NCBI GenBank assembly: GCA_002897935.1
Contig: BDTA01000046.1
Coordinates: 17,934 to 81,933 of the forward strand
DNA length: 64,000 nt
Direction: 5' to 3'
Origin: a bacterium BMS3Abin08
GTDB taxonomy: Bacteria; Nitrospirota; Thermodesulfovibrionia; Thermodesulfovibrionales; JdFR-85
Notes under the pieces: generated by a model
The model's database searches: none
What the model was told of the DNA's origin: nothing
What the model saw: only the letters and a program-made list of their open reading frames with translations
Program-made: the position numbers and the translations under genes
In this document: one piece after another, positions 19,191 through 28,451 of the stretch
Numbering within the stretch: the stretch's first letter is position 1
Layout: each line of letters begins with the position of its first letter

Positions 19191-19995
19191 GGACTTTTTT
19201 TCACTCAAGGACAGACCCTTCAGCAAGACCCCCGACCCGAGGTTCCTCTTTATGAGCAAGGCTCATGAAGAGGCGCTCGCAAGACTCCAGTATGCTGTTG
19301 AGGAAAGAGAGATCGTTCTCCTGACGGGTGAGATCGGCTGTGGCAAGACCACACTTACAAGGGCCCTGATGGATTGCCTTGATGAGAGCTACAGGGTTAT
19401 CCTTATACTTAATCCCCGGCTCACTGCGAACCAGTTCCTCAGGTCCATTGCAAAAAGGATGGAGATAACCATCCCCTCCGGTTACAAGGATGACCTCCTT
19501 GAAGCGATTTACCAGAAGGTCTACAACGATTATGAAAAGGGGATAACGCCCGTAATCATCATCGATGAGGCCCAGCTTATTCCAAAAAAGGATGCCTTTG
19601 AAGAAATCCGTCTTCTTACCAACTTTCAACTTGACGATACAAATCTTATAAGCCTCATACTCGTTGCTCAGCCCGATATCCGGAGGAGGCTGAGACACAG
19701 GGCATATGCCCCTTTAAGGCAGAGAATCGGACTCTTCTATCACATAGGGGCACTTGATGAGAAGGAAACCACAGACTACGTCGGACATAGATTAAAGACC
19801 TCGGGAAGGGGATCACGGCTCTTTACGGAAAGGGCTCTGAAGGTAATATTCAGATATTCCGGCGGAATACCCCGGGTTATCAACAGTATCGCCACTTCTG
19901 CGCTCCTTGATGCCTTTTCAAAGGACCAGGAGATCATCGATGAAGAGAACATTATTGATGCGGTAAGGGAGCTTGGATATAATGGATATAGCTAA
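19183..19995 (+). CDS. ExeA/GspA/MshM-like AAA+ ATPase (AAA_22 type)
   Basis: I place the start at ATG 19183, which overlaps the cheA stop by 8 nt. FSLKDRPFSKTPDPRFLFMSKAHEEALARLQY is the ExeA/MshM N-terminal signature. Walker A GEIGCGKTT, Walker B IIIDEAQ. Confidence 0.8.
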   Translation: MYRDFFSLKDRPFSKTPDPRFLFMSKAHEEALARLQYAVEEREIVLLTGEIGCGKTTLTRALMDCLDESYRVILILNPRLTANQFLRSIAKRMEITIPSGYKDDLLEAIYQKVYNDYEKGITPVIIIDEAQLIPKKDAFEEIRLLTNFQLDDTNLISLILVAQPDIRRRLRHRAYAPLRQRIGLFYHIGALDEKETTDYVGHRLKTSGRGSRLFTERALKVIFRYSGGIPRVINSIATSALLDAFSKDQEIIDEENIIDAVRELGYNGYS

Positions 19996-20695
19996 AGTCA
20001 GAAAAAAGGCAAGGAAGAAAAAAGAGACGAAAAACAAAGGCGGCAAGGCATCAAGGAAAAATGAGAGCGCCGTCAAGTCTCCTGAAACCGGACTTGCCGG
20101 GGCAGAAGAGATACGCGATGAGTCAACAGGGACCGGGAGACCTGAAGAACAAGCGGACCAGGAGCCACGGAAAGGCATCCCGGCTTCCGTGGAGTTGCTC
20201 TCTTTTCAGCTTGGGTCGGAGTGCTACGCCTTTCACATGAACGATGTTCAGGAGATAATCAATCTCTATAACCTGACCCCTGTACCCACGGGACCTGAAC
20301 ACCTGTGCGGCTTAATATCCTTAAGGGGAAGGATAATCCCCGTGCTGGACCTGACAAAGCTCCTTAAGCCGGACAGTTCAACCCTGGATAACGGCACCCT
20401 GCGGAAATTATCGAAAAACAGATTGCCAACCAGGAGAAAGGAGAAAGTAATCGTTGCAAAGGGGGGAAGAGGTCCGATCGGGGTCTTAACCGACCAGGTG
20501 GTTGATGTTATAAGGGTATCGGAAGACTCGCTCAACGAGCCACCCACTCATCTCACTGAATCAGAGGTAAGGTTTATTGAGAGTGTAAGCATCCATAGCG
20601 GCAGATTCATAACCGTACTAAAAAGCGATGCAGCGCTTTTTGTATTTGAAGACAATTTTGAAGACAATAAAGAAGAGGAGCATCCGCATTCTTGA
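19973..20695 (+). CDS. cheW: CheW-domain coupling protein with about 70-aa charged N-terminal extension
   Basis: CheW fold (LLSFQLGSECYAFHMNDVQEI...GLISLRGRIIPVLDL). Lys-rich then acidic N-terminus. Overlaps the ATPase gene by 23 nt. Confidence 0.88.
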   Translation: MDIMDIAKVRKKARKKKETKNKGGKASRKNESAVKSPETGLAGAEEIRDESTGTGRPEEQADQEPRKGIPASVELLSFQLGSECYAFHMNDVQEIINLYNLTPVPTGPEHLCGLISLRGRIIPVLDLTKLLKPDSSTLDNGTLRKLSKNRLPTRRKEKVIVAKGGRGPIGVLTDQVVDVIRVSEDSLNEPPTHLTESEVRFIESVSIHSGRFITVLKSDAALFVFEDNFEDNKEEEHPHS

Positions 20696-20765
20696 GTCTT
20701 TTAAAAGTGAACTACCCTGCGGCAGAGACCCCAGGGCGTCTGAAAATTGTATGTTTATTTTCGGT

Positions 20766-20838
20766 GTCATTCCCGCTTGTCGGGAATCCTTCAACTTGTT
20801 CTGGATCACAGGAAAGATTCCGGACAAGCCGGAATGAC
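20766..20838. repeat. Inverted pair of GTCATTCC-hairpin modules (TIR-less MITE core) inside the che operon
   Basis: gtcattcccgcttgtcgggaatc (20766-20788) and gattccggacaagccggaatgac (20816-20838). The second is the reverse complement of the core seen in MITE copies A1 and A2. Confidence 0.8.
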
Positions 20839-20966
20839 AGGAATAAGCCGGAATAACGGAAATAATGACGGAAATATGGAACTGCGGCAGAGACCGCATG
20901 GTGTTATATTTACCAAATATACAGGATGTAAAATTTCCCTCTCATTGATCAGATAAGGAGGAGATA

Positions 20967-23819
20967 ATGGGAACACTTGAAAAGAAGATTCTGGGGGCAG
21001 TAGTGCTTGTAATTGTTACAGGGTCTGTTTTTGCCGTCACCATGGTTTATTTTATGCAGAAAAAGAGCATATATGAAACCGCGCAGGAGAAGATGTTTGA
21101 AACTGCAAACGTTATCAGCAAAAGCCTGAAAAGAACAATGCTCGAAGGGAAGTCGGACATTACCAGGGCAATGTCCAACGATTTCAAGACCCTGAAAGGA
21201 ATTGAGAATATAACCATACTGAACCATGAGGGAAGAGAGGCCTTCAACAAGACTGCTCCTTCAAAGGAATCAGAGATTGTTAAAAGATTTGCTGCTGATC
21301 TGTCACCTTTTTCGATTATAAAAAACAACCGGATGTTGATTTACAGACCCCTCGAGAACTCTCCTGCGTGCCAGAAATGTCACTTGGTAAAAAGTCCTTT
21401 TCTCGGTGTTGTAAAGATCTCCATGTCACTCCGTGACGAGCAGAGCAAGATCGTAAGGATGGCTATGTTCAATATCCTGGCAACAATATCAGCGATTTTC
21501 ATACTCTCCTTTATAATCTGGATACTCATGAGGAAGATTATTATCAATCCCATCAGGAAGATAGAAGGAGCAGCGACTCTCCTTGCACAGGGGGACCTGA
21601 CCTTCAGAACCGACATAGCTGCCGATGATGAGATCGGCCAGGCAAGTTCCGCCCTTCAGGGCGCCCTGCAGTCAATATCATCGATACTTCAGAGGGTCAA
21701 GGATATCACCAGACGCGTCTCAAAGATTTCAACGGAGGTGGAAACTGAATCGAGAGACCTCGTTGAGACAACAAAAACCGAGACAGAGGCGATAGAGAAC
21801 ATATCAAGTTCCATTGAAGAACTCAATGCCTCGATCTCTGAGATAAGTGAAAGCACAGACGGTCTTGCAGTGTCATCTGAAGAGATGGCATCTGCAATCG
21901 AGGAGATGTCTGCCAGTATATTTCAGATTGCCCAGAACAGTAATGAGCTCTTTGAATCGGTTGAATCCAGTTCCTCCTCCATTGAAGAACTGACATCCTC
22001 AATCAAAGAGGTTGCTTCAAGTGCGGACGGTCTCCTGAATTCGACCGACGATACACTCTCAACCATTGAGGAGATTACCGCTTCAATAAGAGAAGTCGAG
22101 GTAAATACCAAGGAGTCCGCCAGGCTGAGTGAAAGGGTTATGACCGAGGCGTCAACATACGGTAAGGATGCCATTGAAAAGACGATAGAGGGAATGGAAA
22201 GGATAAAGATCTCAGTCGAGACCACCGCGGAGTACATAAAGAGACTGGGAGGCAGATCTGAAGAAATTGGAAAGATCCTCACGGTAATAGATGAAATCAC
22301 AGACCAGACCACCCTCCTCGCTCTTAATGCCGCCATACTTGCAGCGCAGGCCGGTGAACACGGCAAGGGCTTCTCCGTGGTAGCCGATGAGATCAAGGAT
22401 CTCGCTGAACGCACATCCTTCTCCACCCAGGAGATCTCAACGCTGATCCATACCGTCCAGAAAGAGGTCGCTGACGCAGTGTATGCAATGAACCTCGGAT
22501 TTGAGGCGGTTACCGGGGGGCTCGGTCTCTCAAAAAACGCATCCGGTGCGCTGGAGAAAATAATTGAAAGCGCCAGGCTTTCTTCCGATATGTCGACTGC
22601 CATAGAACACTCCACATCGGAACAATCCGAGGCTGCAAGGTTCGTTGCTGAATCAATGGAGAAGGTAAGGAACATGGTAAGCCAGATTGCAAAGGCAACT
22701 GCAGAGCAGTCAAGGGGCATGTCCCTCCTTATGAATGCAGCAGAACGCATAAGGAGTATTGCAACACAGGTCAAGACTGCAACAGAGGAACAGTCTCAAC
22801 AGAGCAAGCTCATACGCCAGAGCACGGAGGTTGTATCCGAAAAGAGCCAGCACATAGCAAGCGCACTCAACGAACAGAAAATGGGATCAGAGCAGATCAG
22901 GCATTCAATAAGGAACATCTCTGATATTCCTGCAAAGAACAGGAATATCTCCTTCAAGGTAAATAACGCCCTCAGGACACTCGTGAAGGATACCGAGCTT
23001 ATTGTGACAGAGATGGAGAAGTTCAGCTTCACACCTGTCTCTCATAGTGAAAAGACAACAAGGTTCGGCGTCATTCCCCTCGAGAGCCCCGCCGAGATGC
23101 ACCGGAGATTCAGCCCCCTCTCCGATTATCTCGGCAGAAAACTGGGTAAAAAGGTCGAGCTCAAGGTTGGTGTGGACTTCCAGGGCGCTATCCAGGATAT
23201 AGGCAACGGCGTGACCCAGCTATGCTTCATGACCCCGTCAACCTATATCAAGGCCAGAAGGGATTACAACGTAAGGGCGCTGGTAAAGGCGCTGAATAAC
23301 GGAAAGCCCTACCATCACTCCGTTATCATAGCACGCTCCGGCAGTTCCATCGCAGGTCTCAAAGACCTCAAGGGCAAGTCCTTCTGTTTCGGCGATCCTG
23401 ACTCAACCTCATCTCACATCGTACCGAGGTTTATGCTTCTTCAGGAAGGGGTGGACATCTCGGACCTGCTCTTTTACAACTACCTTGGTCACCATGACGA
23501 TGTCGCGGAGGCGGTCCTTTCAGGTGAATATGATGCAGGTGCCGTCATGGAGTTGACCGCCGAAAAATACAAGGAGCGGGGCCTGAAGTATATCAAGTTC
23601 TCAGAGGAGATTCCCGAGTTCAACGTATGTGTATCAAGGGATCTGCCTGAAAACGAGGTTCAGATGATTAAATCGGCCTTCCTGTCCCTTAAGGACACCG
23701 ACACTGAAGGGCTCTCCATCCTTAAATCAATAAATGAACATTACACAGGCTTTATTGAGACATCCGACGAAGACTATCAAAAGATCCGTGAAATGATGTC
23801 ACAAATACAACTGATCTGA
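20967..23819 (+). CDS. Methyl-accepting chemotaxis protein: 2 TM, CxxCH periplasmic domain, HAMP, signalling domain of about 64 heptads, C-terminal PhnD-like substrate-binding domain
   Basis: 950 aa, AAGGAGG RBS. TM helices at about residues 8-30 and 166-188. CQKCH at 21369-21383. Signalling tip [27 protein letters not shown]. The last roughly 250 aa ([11 protein letters not shown]...[16 protein letters not shown]...) look like a phosphonate/phosphate ABC binding protein. Confidence 0.88.
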   Translation: MGTLEKKILGAVVLVIVTGSVFAVTMVYFMQKKSIYETAQEKMFETANVISKSLKRTMLEGKSDITRAMSNDFKTLKGIENITILNHEGREAFNKTAPSKESEIVKRFAADLSPFSIIKNNRMLIYRPLENSPACQKCHLVKSPFLGVVKISMSLRDEQSKIVRMAMFNILATISAIFILSFIIWILMRKIIINPIRKIEGAATLLAQGDLTFRTDIAADDEIGQASSALQGALQSISSILQRVKDITRRVSKISTEVETESRDLVETTKTETEAIENISSSIEELNASISEISESTDGLAVSSEEMASAIEEMSASIFQIAQNSNELFESVESSSSSIEELTSSIKEVASSADGLLNSTDDTLSTIEEITASIREVEVNTKESARLSERVMTEASTYGKDAIEKTIEGMERIKISVETTAEYIKRLGGRSEEIGKILTVIDEITDQTTLLALNAAILAAQAGEHGKGFSVVADEIKDLAERTSFSTQEISTLIHTVQKEVADAVYAMNLGFEAVTGGLGLSKNASGALEKIIESARLSSDMSTAIEHSTSEQSEAARFVAESMEKVRNMVSQIAKATAEQSRGMSLLMNAAERIRSIATQVKTATEEQSQQSKLIRQSTEVVSEKSQHIASALNEQKMGSEQIRHSIRNISDIPAKNRNISFKVNNALRTLVKDTELIVTEMEKFSFTPVSHSEKTTRFGVIPLESPAEMHRRFSPLSDYLGRKLGKKVELKVGVDFQGAIQDIGNGVTQLCFMTPSTYIKARRDYNVRALVKALNNGKPYHHSVIIARSGSSIAGLKDLKGKSFCFGDPDSTSSHIVPRFMLLQEGVDISDLLFYNYLGHHDDVAEAVLSGEYDAGAVMELTAEKYKERGLKYIKFSEEIPEFNVCVSRDLPENEVQMIKSAFLSLKDTDTEGLSILKSINEHYTGFIETSDEDYQKIREMMSQIQLI

Positions 23820-23954
23820 GGAGGCAACCAATGGTAAAAGGAATTTCACTTTTAGTTTCATATGCTGCATGTCGGTTCATTGACTTTATCAGACATCCCG
23901 CGGGGCTGGAAATAATCAGGATGAATAATGCCCTGTCATCCGGTGGGAACTGAG

Positions 23955-25958
23955 ATGACTATCGAAAAGAGTCTCTCAACAAGGTTTATATACAGGATCC
24001 TGATAATTCTCTTCGTTGGACAGTCCCTGATCTGGGCATGGTCCTTCTACCGTGAAAAGACGACCCTCGAAGACTCCCTCAACAACGTGCTATCCCTGTC
24101 GGGTGGTATAATAAGCAACATAGCTGCAACCGCCCTTGTCAGCTCAGATCATACATATCTTGAACGGATAATCGATGATATCTTGAAGAATGAAGACATA
24201 ATCTCCGTAGAGATTCTGGATGCGGACGGGAAGAGACTCATCAAAAAGAGTCACGAAAGCACCGGGACTGCCTACAAAATATCCGAATTTCCCATTCGGT
24301 CCGGCACCGACGTAATAGGCAAGGTCAGGATAAGATACTCCGTTAGAAGGATAAAGGCAAACCTCGCCGGTCATCTCATCACCTCCATGATGCTCCAGAT
24401 GGTTGTCTTCATAGGTCTCATTTTTCTTATTGCCCTGTTCTTTAAACGTGATATCGGTGGACGCATAAGGGAGATGAGCAGGGTTATCGAGAAGATCACC
24501 CTTGGTGACCTGTCCCAAAGCATCGGCATCGAGGATAAAACGGAAATCGGAACAATAGCCCGTGGTATCGACTTCCTTATAACGAGACTGAAGGGTTACA
24601 TAAGAAAATTAAAGGATATCTCAAGGAATGTATCGGCGGCCATGAGCCAACTCAACCTGACCTTCAAGAACGTGACCAACAGTGTAAACAACCAGCAAAA
24701 ATCCCTTGAAGATGTCTCACTGTCCCTCAGAAATGCATCCAAGTCACAACTACGGATACATAAAAACACGGACACACTCCTTTCCCTTTCAAACGACAAT
24801 GTCTCTGCTCTCCTGGAATTCAAGGCTACCTCGGAAGAGATAGCCGCTGCTGCCGAAAGTCTTCAGCGCAATATTAACGACTCCTACTCGACCACTACCG
24901 AGCTTACCCAGTCATCACATGAAGTCGCCTCTCTTACAACGGAGGTATCCTCGGCTATGCAGGAGGCATCTGCCTCTGCAGATGAGATAAATGCGACGGT
25001 AAAGGAAATCGAACGCATCTCTCGGGAGTCGGCGGAACTGAGTTTCCTTACAACGGAAACCGTATCCGGGAAGGGGATGCTCTCGATTGTTGAAGCAGTT
25101 GAAAGGATGGAACAGATCGAGGCATCCGTAACTGAACTCAAGCAATCGATTGAGAGACTGGGAGGAATGTCCAAGGACATCGAGAAGATCCTCTCCGTCA
25201 TCAGGGATATTACGGAACAGACGGGGCTTTTGAGTCTGAACGCTCAAATTCTTGCGGTTCAGGCCGGGGAATACGGAAAGAGCTTTTCGATAGTGGCATC
25301 CGAGATGAAGACGCTGTCCGACAGGACCGCGTCCTCGACCCGGGAGATAGCTGGAATCGTTTCAACGCTCAAGAGAGAAATCCAGACGGTGGTAAATGGA
25401 ACCAATGAGACCTTTACCATGGTAGAGAAGGGAAGCGAAGCGGTAATGAATACAGGAGAGGCGCTTCGCGAGATCCTGCACTCCTCACAACGTTCGAGCG
25501 AGATCGCACAGAGTATAAAACGCGCATCGATTGAGCAGACGCGGGGACTTGAGTTGATTGTGAAGGCTATTGAACATATCAAAAAAATGATTTTTAAGGT
25601 AAGCAGGGCCACCGAGGAACAGGAAAAAGGCATTTCGTACCTTCTTGAGAGCGTCTCATCCATCAAGGAATCCATGGAGATCACAAAGAAGGCCACGGAC
25701 GAACAGGCGAAGAGCACAAAGTTTATCACCGACAATATAGAATTAGCAAATGAAAAAACCGCTGAAATAACAACGGCATCCTCTGAACAACAGAAGATAA
25801 ATGAGCACATAACGAGTCTCCTGCAGTCTGTAATGAATCTGGGTAAGAATACCGCAAGGGATGTCAAAGAGGTCTCGCTGTTCATATCATCGCTCCATGC
25901 GGAGGTGGAAGAACTCAGGAAGGAAATGGATCACTTCAGAACCGAAACAGGGCAATGA
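23955..25958 (+). CDS. Methyl-accepting chemotaxis protein (2 TM, small periplasmic domain, HAMP, signalling domain of about 64 heptads)
   Basis: The ORF opens at 23928, and ATG 23955 (MTIEKS) is the likelier start. Tip LLSLNAQILAVQAGEYGKSFSIVASEM. The stop overlaps the next cheW start. Confidence 0.9.
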   Translation: MTIEKSLSTRFIYRILIILFVGQSLIWAWSFYREKTTLEDSLNNVLSLSGGIISNIAATALVSSDHTYLERIIDDILKNEDIISVEILDADGKRLIKKSHESTGTAYKISEFPIRSGTDVIGKVRIRYSVRRIKANLAGHLITSMMLQMVVFIGLIFLIALFFKRDIGGRIREMSRVIEKITLGDLSQSIGIEDKTEIGTIARGIDFLITRLKGYIRKLKDISRNVSAAMSQLNLTFKNVTNSVNNQQKSLEDVSLSLRNASKSQLRIHKNTDTLLSLSNDNVSALLEFKATSEEIAAAAESLQRNINDSYSTTTELTQSSHEVASLTTEVSSAMQEASASADEINATVKEIERISRESAELSFLTTETVSGKGMLSIVEAVERMEQIEASVTELKQSIERLGGMSKDIEKILSVIRDITEQTGLLSLNAQILAVQAGEYGKSFSIVASEMKTLSDRTASSTREIAGIVSTLKREIQTVVNGTNETFTMVEKGSEAVMNTGEALREILHSSQRSSEIAQSIKRASIEQTRGLELIVKAIEHIKKMIFKVSRATEEQEKGISYLLESVSSIKESMEITKKATDEQAKSTKFITDNIELANEKTAEITTASSEQQKINEHITSLLQSVMNLGKNTARDVKEVSLFISSLHAEVEELRKEMDHFRTETGQ

Positions 25959-26500
25959 AATATCTTGTTTTCTTTATAAAGGACGATTACTTCGGGATTG
26001 ATATCTTCAAGCTTGCGGAGGTCCTGAATCCTGTAAAACTCCACGCGGTTCCCGATGTACCCGAGTTTATTTCCGGGGTAATAAACCACAGGGGTGAGGT
26101 CATCCCCGTTGTTTCCATGCGAAGGCGTTTCGGCATCACGGAAGAGGCGGGGAAGGCGCGGATCGTAATACTGGGATTCGGTAAAGGAGAGAAAATCGGC
26201 CTCCTGGTTGACGGTGTCACGGAGATAGCGGAGATACCCCGGGAACGGATATCAAAACCGTCCAGCCTGTTCAAGGGATTCAGGCCGGAATTCATTGAGG
26301 GAATAGCAGAGATGGGGAATGAACGGATTATTATCATCATGGATATAGAGAGGGTGTTCTCAACCGAGGAAAAGGTGCTCCTTAAGGAATCGAAGAGGAA
26401 GGCTGAAGGTGGAAAATCCCCCACTAAAAAAACCGCAAAAAAGGGAGGCGGCCAAAAAAGACTGCTCAGGAGCGCCGGGGTAAATGTAAAAGATGAATAA
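25955..26500 (+). CDS. cheW: CheW coupling protein with Lys-rich C-terminal tail
   Basis: 181 aa. CheW fold (YLVFFIKDDYFGIDI...INHRGEVIPVV). Tail KRKAEGGKSPTKKTAKKGGGQKR. Confidence 0.9.
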   Translation: MKYLVFFIKDDYFGIDIFKLAEVLNPVKLHAVPDVPEFISGVINHRGEVIPVVSMRRRFGITEEAGKARIVILGFGKGEKIGLLVDGVTEIAEIPRERISKPSSLFKGFRPEFIEGIAEMGNERIIIIMDIERVFSTEEKVLLKESKRKAEGGKSPTKKTAKKGGGQKRLLRSAGVNVKDE

Positions 26501-28451
26501 CGAAAAGCTCAACAGGGATATAGAACTGAAAAGGTCCAGGATCTTCTCTCAGAGAGGACGATCCGAAGGACTGTCGGTAATAATCGACTCCTTCAAGGAT
26601 GAAAGCTGGAGGGTAAGGAAAACCGCGCTTGACGTACTTATGGATAATTACCCCGCAGAAGGCTATATCCGGGATCTAATTAACCTCCTCTACCTGGAAG
26701 ACAACGCCGGCGCGCGTAATACCGCCATCGAGGCATTAACAAGACTGGGGAAGAAGGGACTCCCCAACCTGATAAAGGCATTCGATACGGACAACCGGGA
26801 TGTCAGGAAGTTTATAATTGATGTCATCGGCATAATCGGCGGCACGGAAGTAACACATCTTCTGCTTAAGGCTATAAGGGACGAAGACGAAAACGTCCGG
26901 GCCTCCGCGGTTGAATATCTCGGGAAGTTGAGGGAACCCTCTGTAACTGATGCACTGATAAATATAATTGAAGAGGAAGACGTCTGGACTGCCTATCCGG
27001 CGGTAAACGCACTCGGGATGATAGGCGACAGAAAGGTTATTCCCTTCCTTATTAAATCACTCGGGAACAGGCCGCTGACCGAACCCGCCCTCCGTTCACT
27101 TTCAGCGTTTTCCGAGCCCGACACCCTGCAATACGTAATCCCTCTCCTTCGTGATCAGAGACGTTCGATACAGGAAGAGACGCTCAGAACCATCGAGAGA
27201 TACTATGAAAACGGTGTTTCCGAAGAATATATCTCTGAGCGGCTCGTGGAACTCGTCGGTGCCGATGCATTTGAAATCTGCCTGAAATACACAAGCCATA
27301 ATAATCCGGAAGTAAAAAAGGCTGCCATAATCACCCTGGGGCTGCTACATGACCACCGTGCCGTGATGCAACTTCTCGATCTTGCCGAAGATGAAAACCT
27401 CAGGGATATTGTAAAGAGGGCGCTTGTCTTCATGGGCAAGAAAGACCCCGGCCTGTTTCCTGAACTCCTTCATACTGTAACGCCTGAAAAGAGAAGACTC
27501 ATTGTTGACTCAATGGCTGACATAGGCGCACCCGGTTACATCGATATCTTTACGGGGCTCCTGCATGATCGTGATGGGCATGTGATAGTTCATGCCGTAC
27601 GCGGACTCGGACGAATCGGTGACAAAAAGGCCGTCGACAACCTGCTTTCGATCCTGGGACATCCTTATCCCGATGTTCAGGAAGCGCTGATCGGTTCCTT
27701 AACAAAGCTGAAGGACCGGATTGACCCCTCTCACCTCATGGACGGACTCCGTTCTGCAAATGAGGTGATACGGAGAAACTCTGTTACACTCCTTGGTGAA
27801 TTAAGATCTGAATATGCATTACAGGAGCTGAGCCTCACACTTGGAGACCCTTCAGTTGGTGTCAGGACGGCAGCCGTTACGGCCATTTCACGTATCAGAT
27901 GGAAGGACACCCTGAAGTATATAAAGATGGCCCTGAGCGATGAGTCACCAGAGGTAAGAGAGGTGGCAACGGGGTGCCTTGCCATCTTTGACAACGATGA
28001 AGCCCTTGAAGCACTGAGAGTAATGGCAAAGGATTCAGAAGGGTCCGTACGTGCTATGGCCGCACGGACTCTTTCTTCCATCAGGAATGAAGGGGCTGTT
28101 GAGACCCTTATAAATCTGCTTCATGACCGGAACGGCTTTGTCGTCACCCAGGCTATCGAATCATTGTCGGCATTTAACCACCCGTCTGCAAGGAAGGAGT
28201 TGCTCGGTTTACTCAACTTCCCCGACAGGGAAATTAAGAGGACCGCCATCATGGCGCTTTCTTCCTATTCCGGGGTGGAGGATGCAGTAAAACCCTTCCT
28301 GTTCAGCGAAGACTGGGCAACAAGGCTTGCGGCGGTCCAGGCGCTCTCAAGGATGGGGACCGAAAAGGCAAGGGAATGTCTCGAAGGGATTTACGATATT
28401 GAAGACGATCCCTCCGTGAAGAGGGAAATCGAGGACGGATTAGGTGTTTGA
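26493..28451 (+). CDS. HEAT-repeat (PBS-lyase-type) protein
   Basis: 652 aa. Repeated units of about 31 aa (D..VR..A...LG.....A...L) run along the whole length. Overlaps cheW (8 nt) and cheR (8 nt). Confidence 0.85.
   Translation: MNNEKLNRDIELKRSRIFSQRGRSEGLSVIIDSFKDESWRVRKTALDVLMDNYPAEGYIRDLINLLYLEDNAGARNTAIEALTRLGKKGLPNLIKAFDTDNRDVRKFIIDVIGIIGGTEVTHLLLKAIRDEDENVRASAVEYLGKLREPSVTDALINIIEEEDVWTAYPAVNALGMIGDRKVIPFLIKSLGNRPLTEPALRSLSAFSEPDTLQYVIPLLRDQRRSIQEETLRTIERYYENGVSEEYISERLVELVGADAFEICLKYTSHNNPEVKKAAIITLGLLHDHRAVMQLLDLAEDENLRDIVKRALVFMGKKDPGLFPELLHTVTPEKRRLIVDSMADIGAPGYIDIFTGLLHDRDGHVIVHAVRGLGRIGDKKAVDNLLSILGHPYPDVQEALIGSLTKLKDRIDPSHLMDGLRSANEVIRRNSVTLLGELRSEYALQELSLTLGDPSVGVRTAAVTAISRIRWKDTLKYIKMALSDESPEVREVATGCLAIFDNDEALEALRVMAKDSEGSVRAMAARTLSSIRNEGAVETLINLLHDRNGFVVTQAIESLSAFNHPSARKELLGLLNFPDREIKRTAIMALSSYSGVEDAVKPFLFSEDWATRLAAVQALSRMGTEKARECLEGIYDIEDDPSVKREIEDGLGV

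Noticed and set aside
20618-20956. Small ORFs lying in repeat regions: 20618-20899, 20628-20837, 20747-20956, 39843-40088, 40846-41132, 47835-48071, 57968-58174.
   Set aside because: They are translations of MITE or hairpin modules (for example SFPRKRE- or VIPA-type peptides). They have no RBS, and they overlap palindromic DNA.
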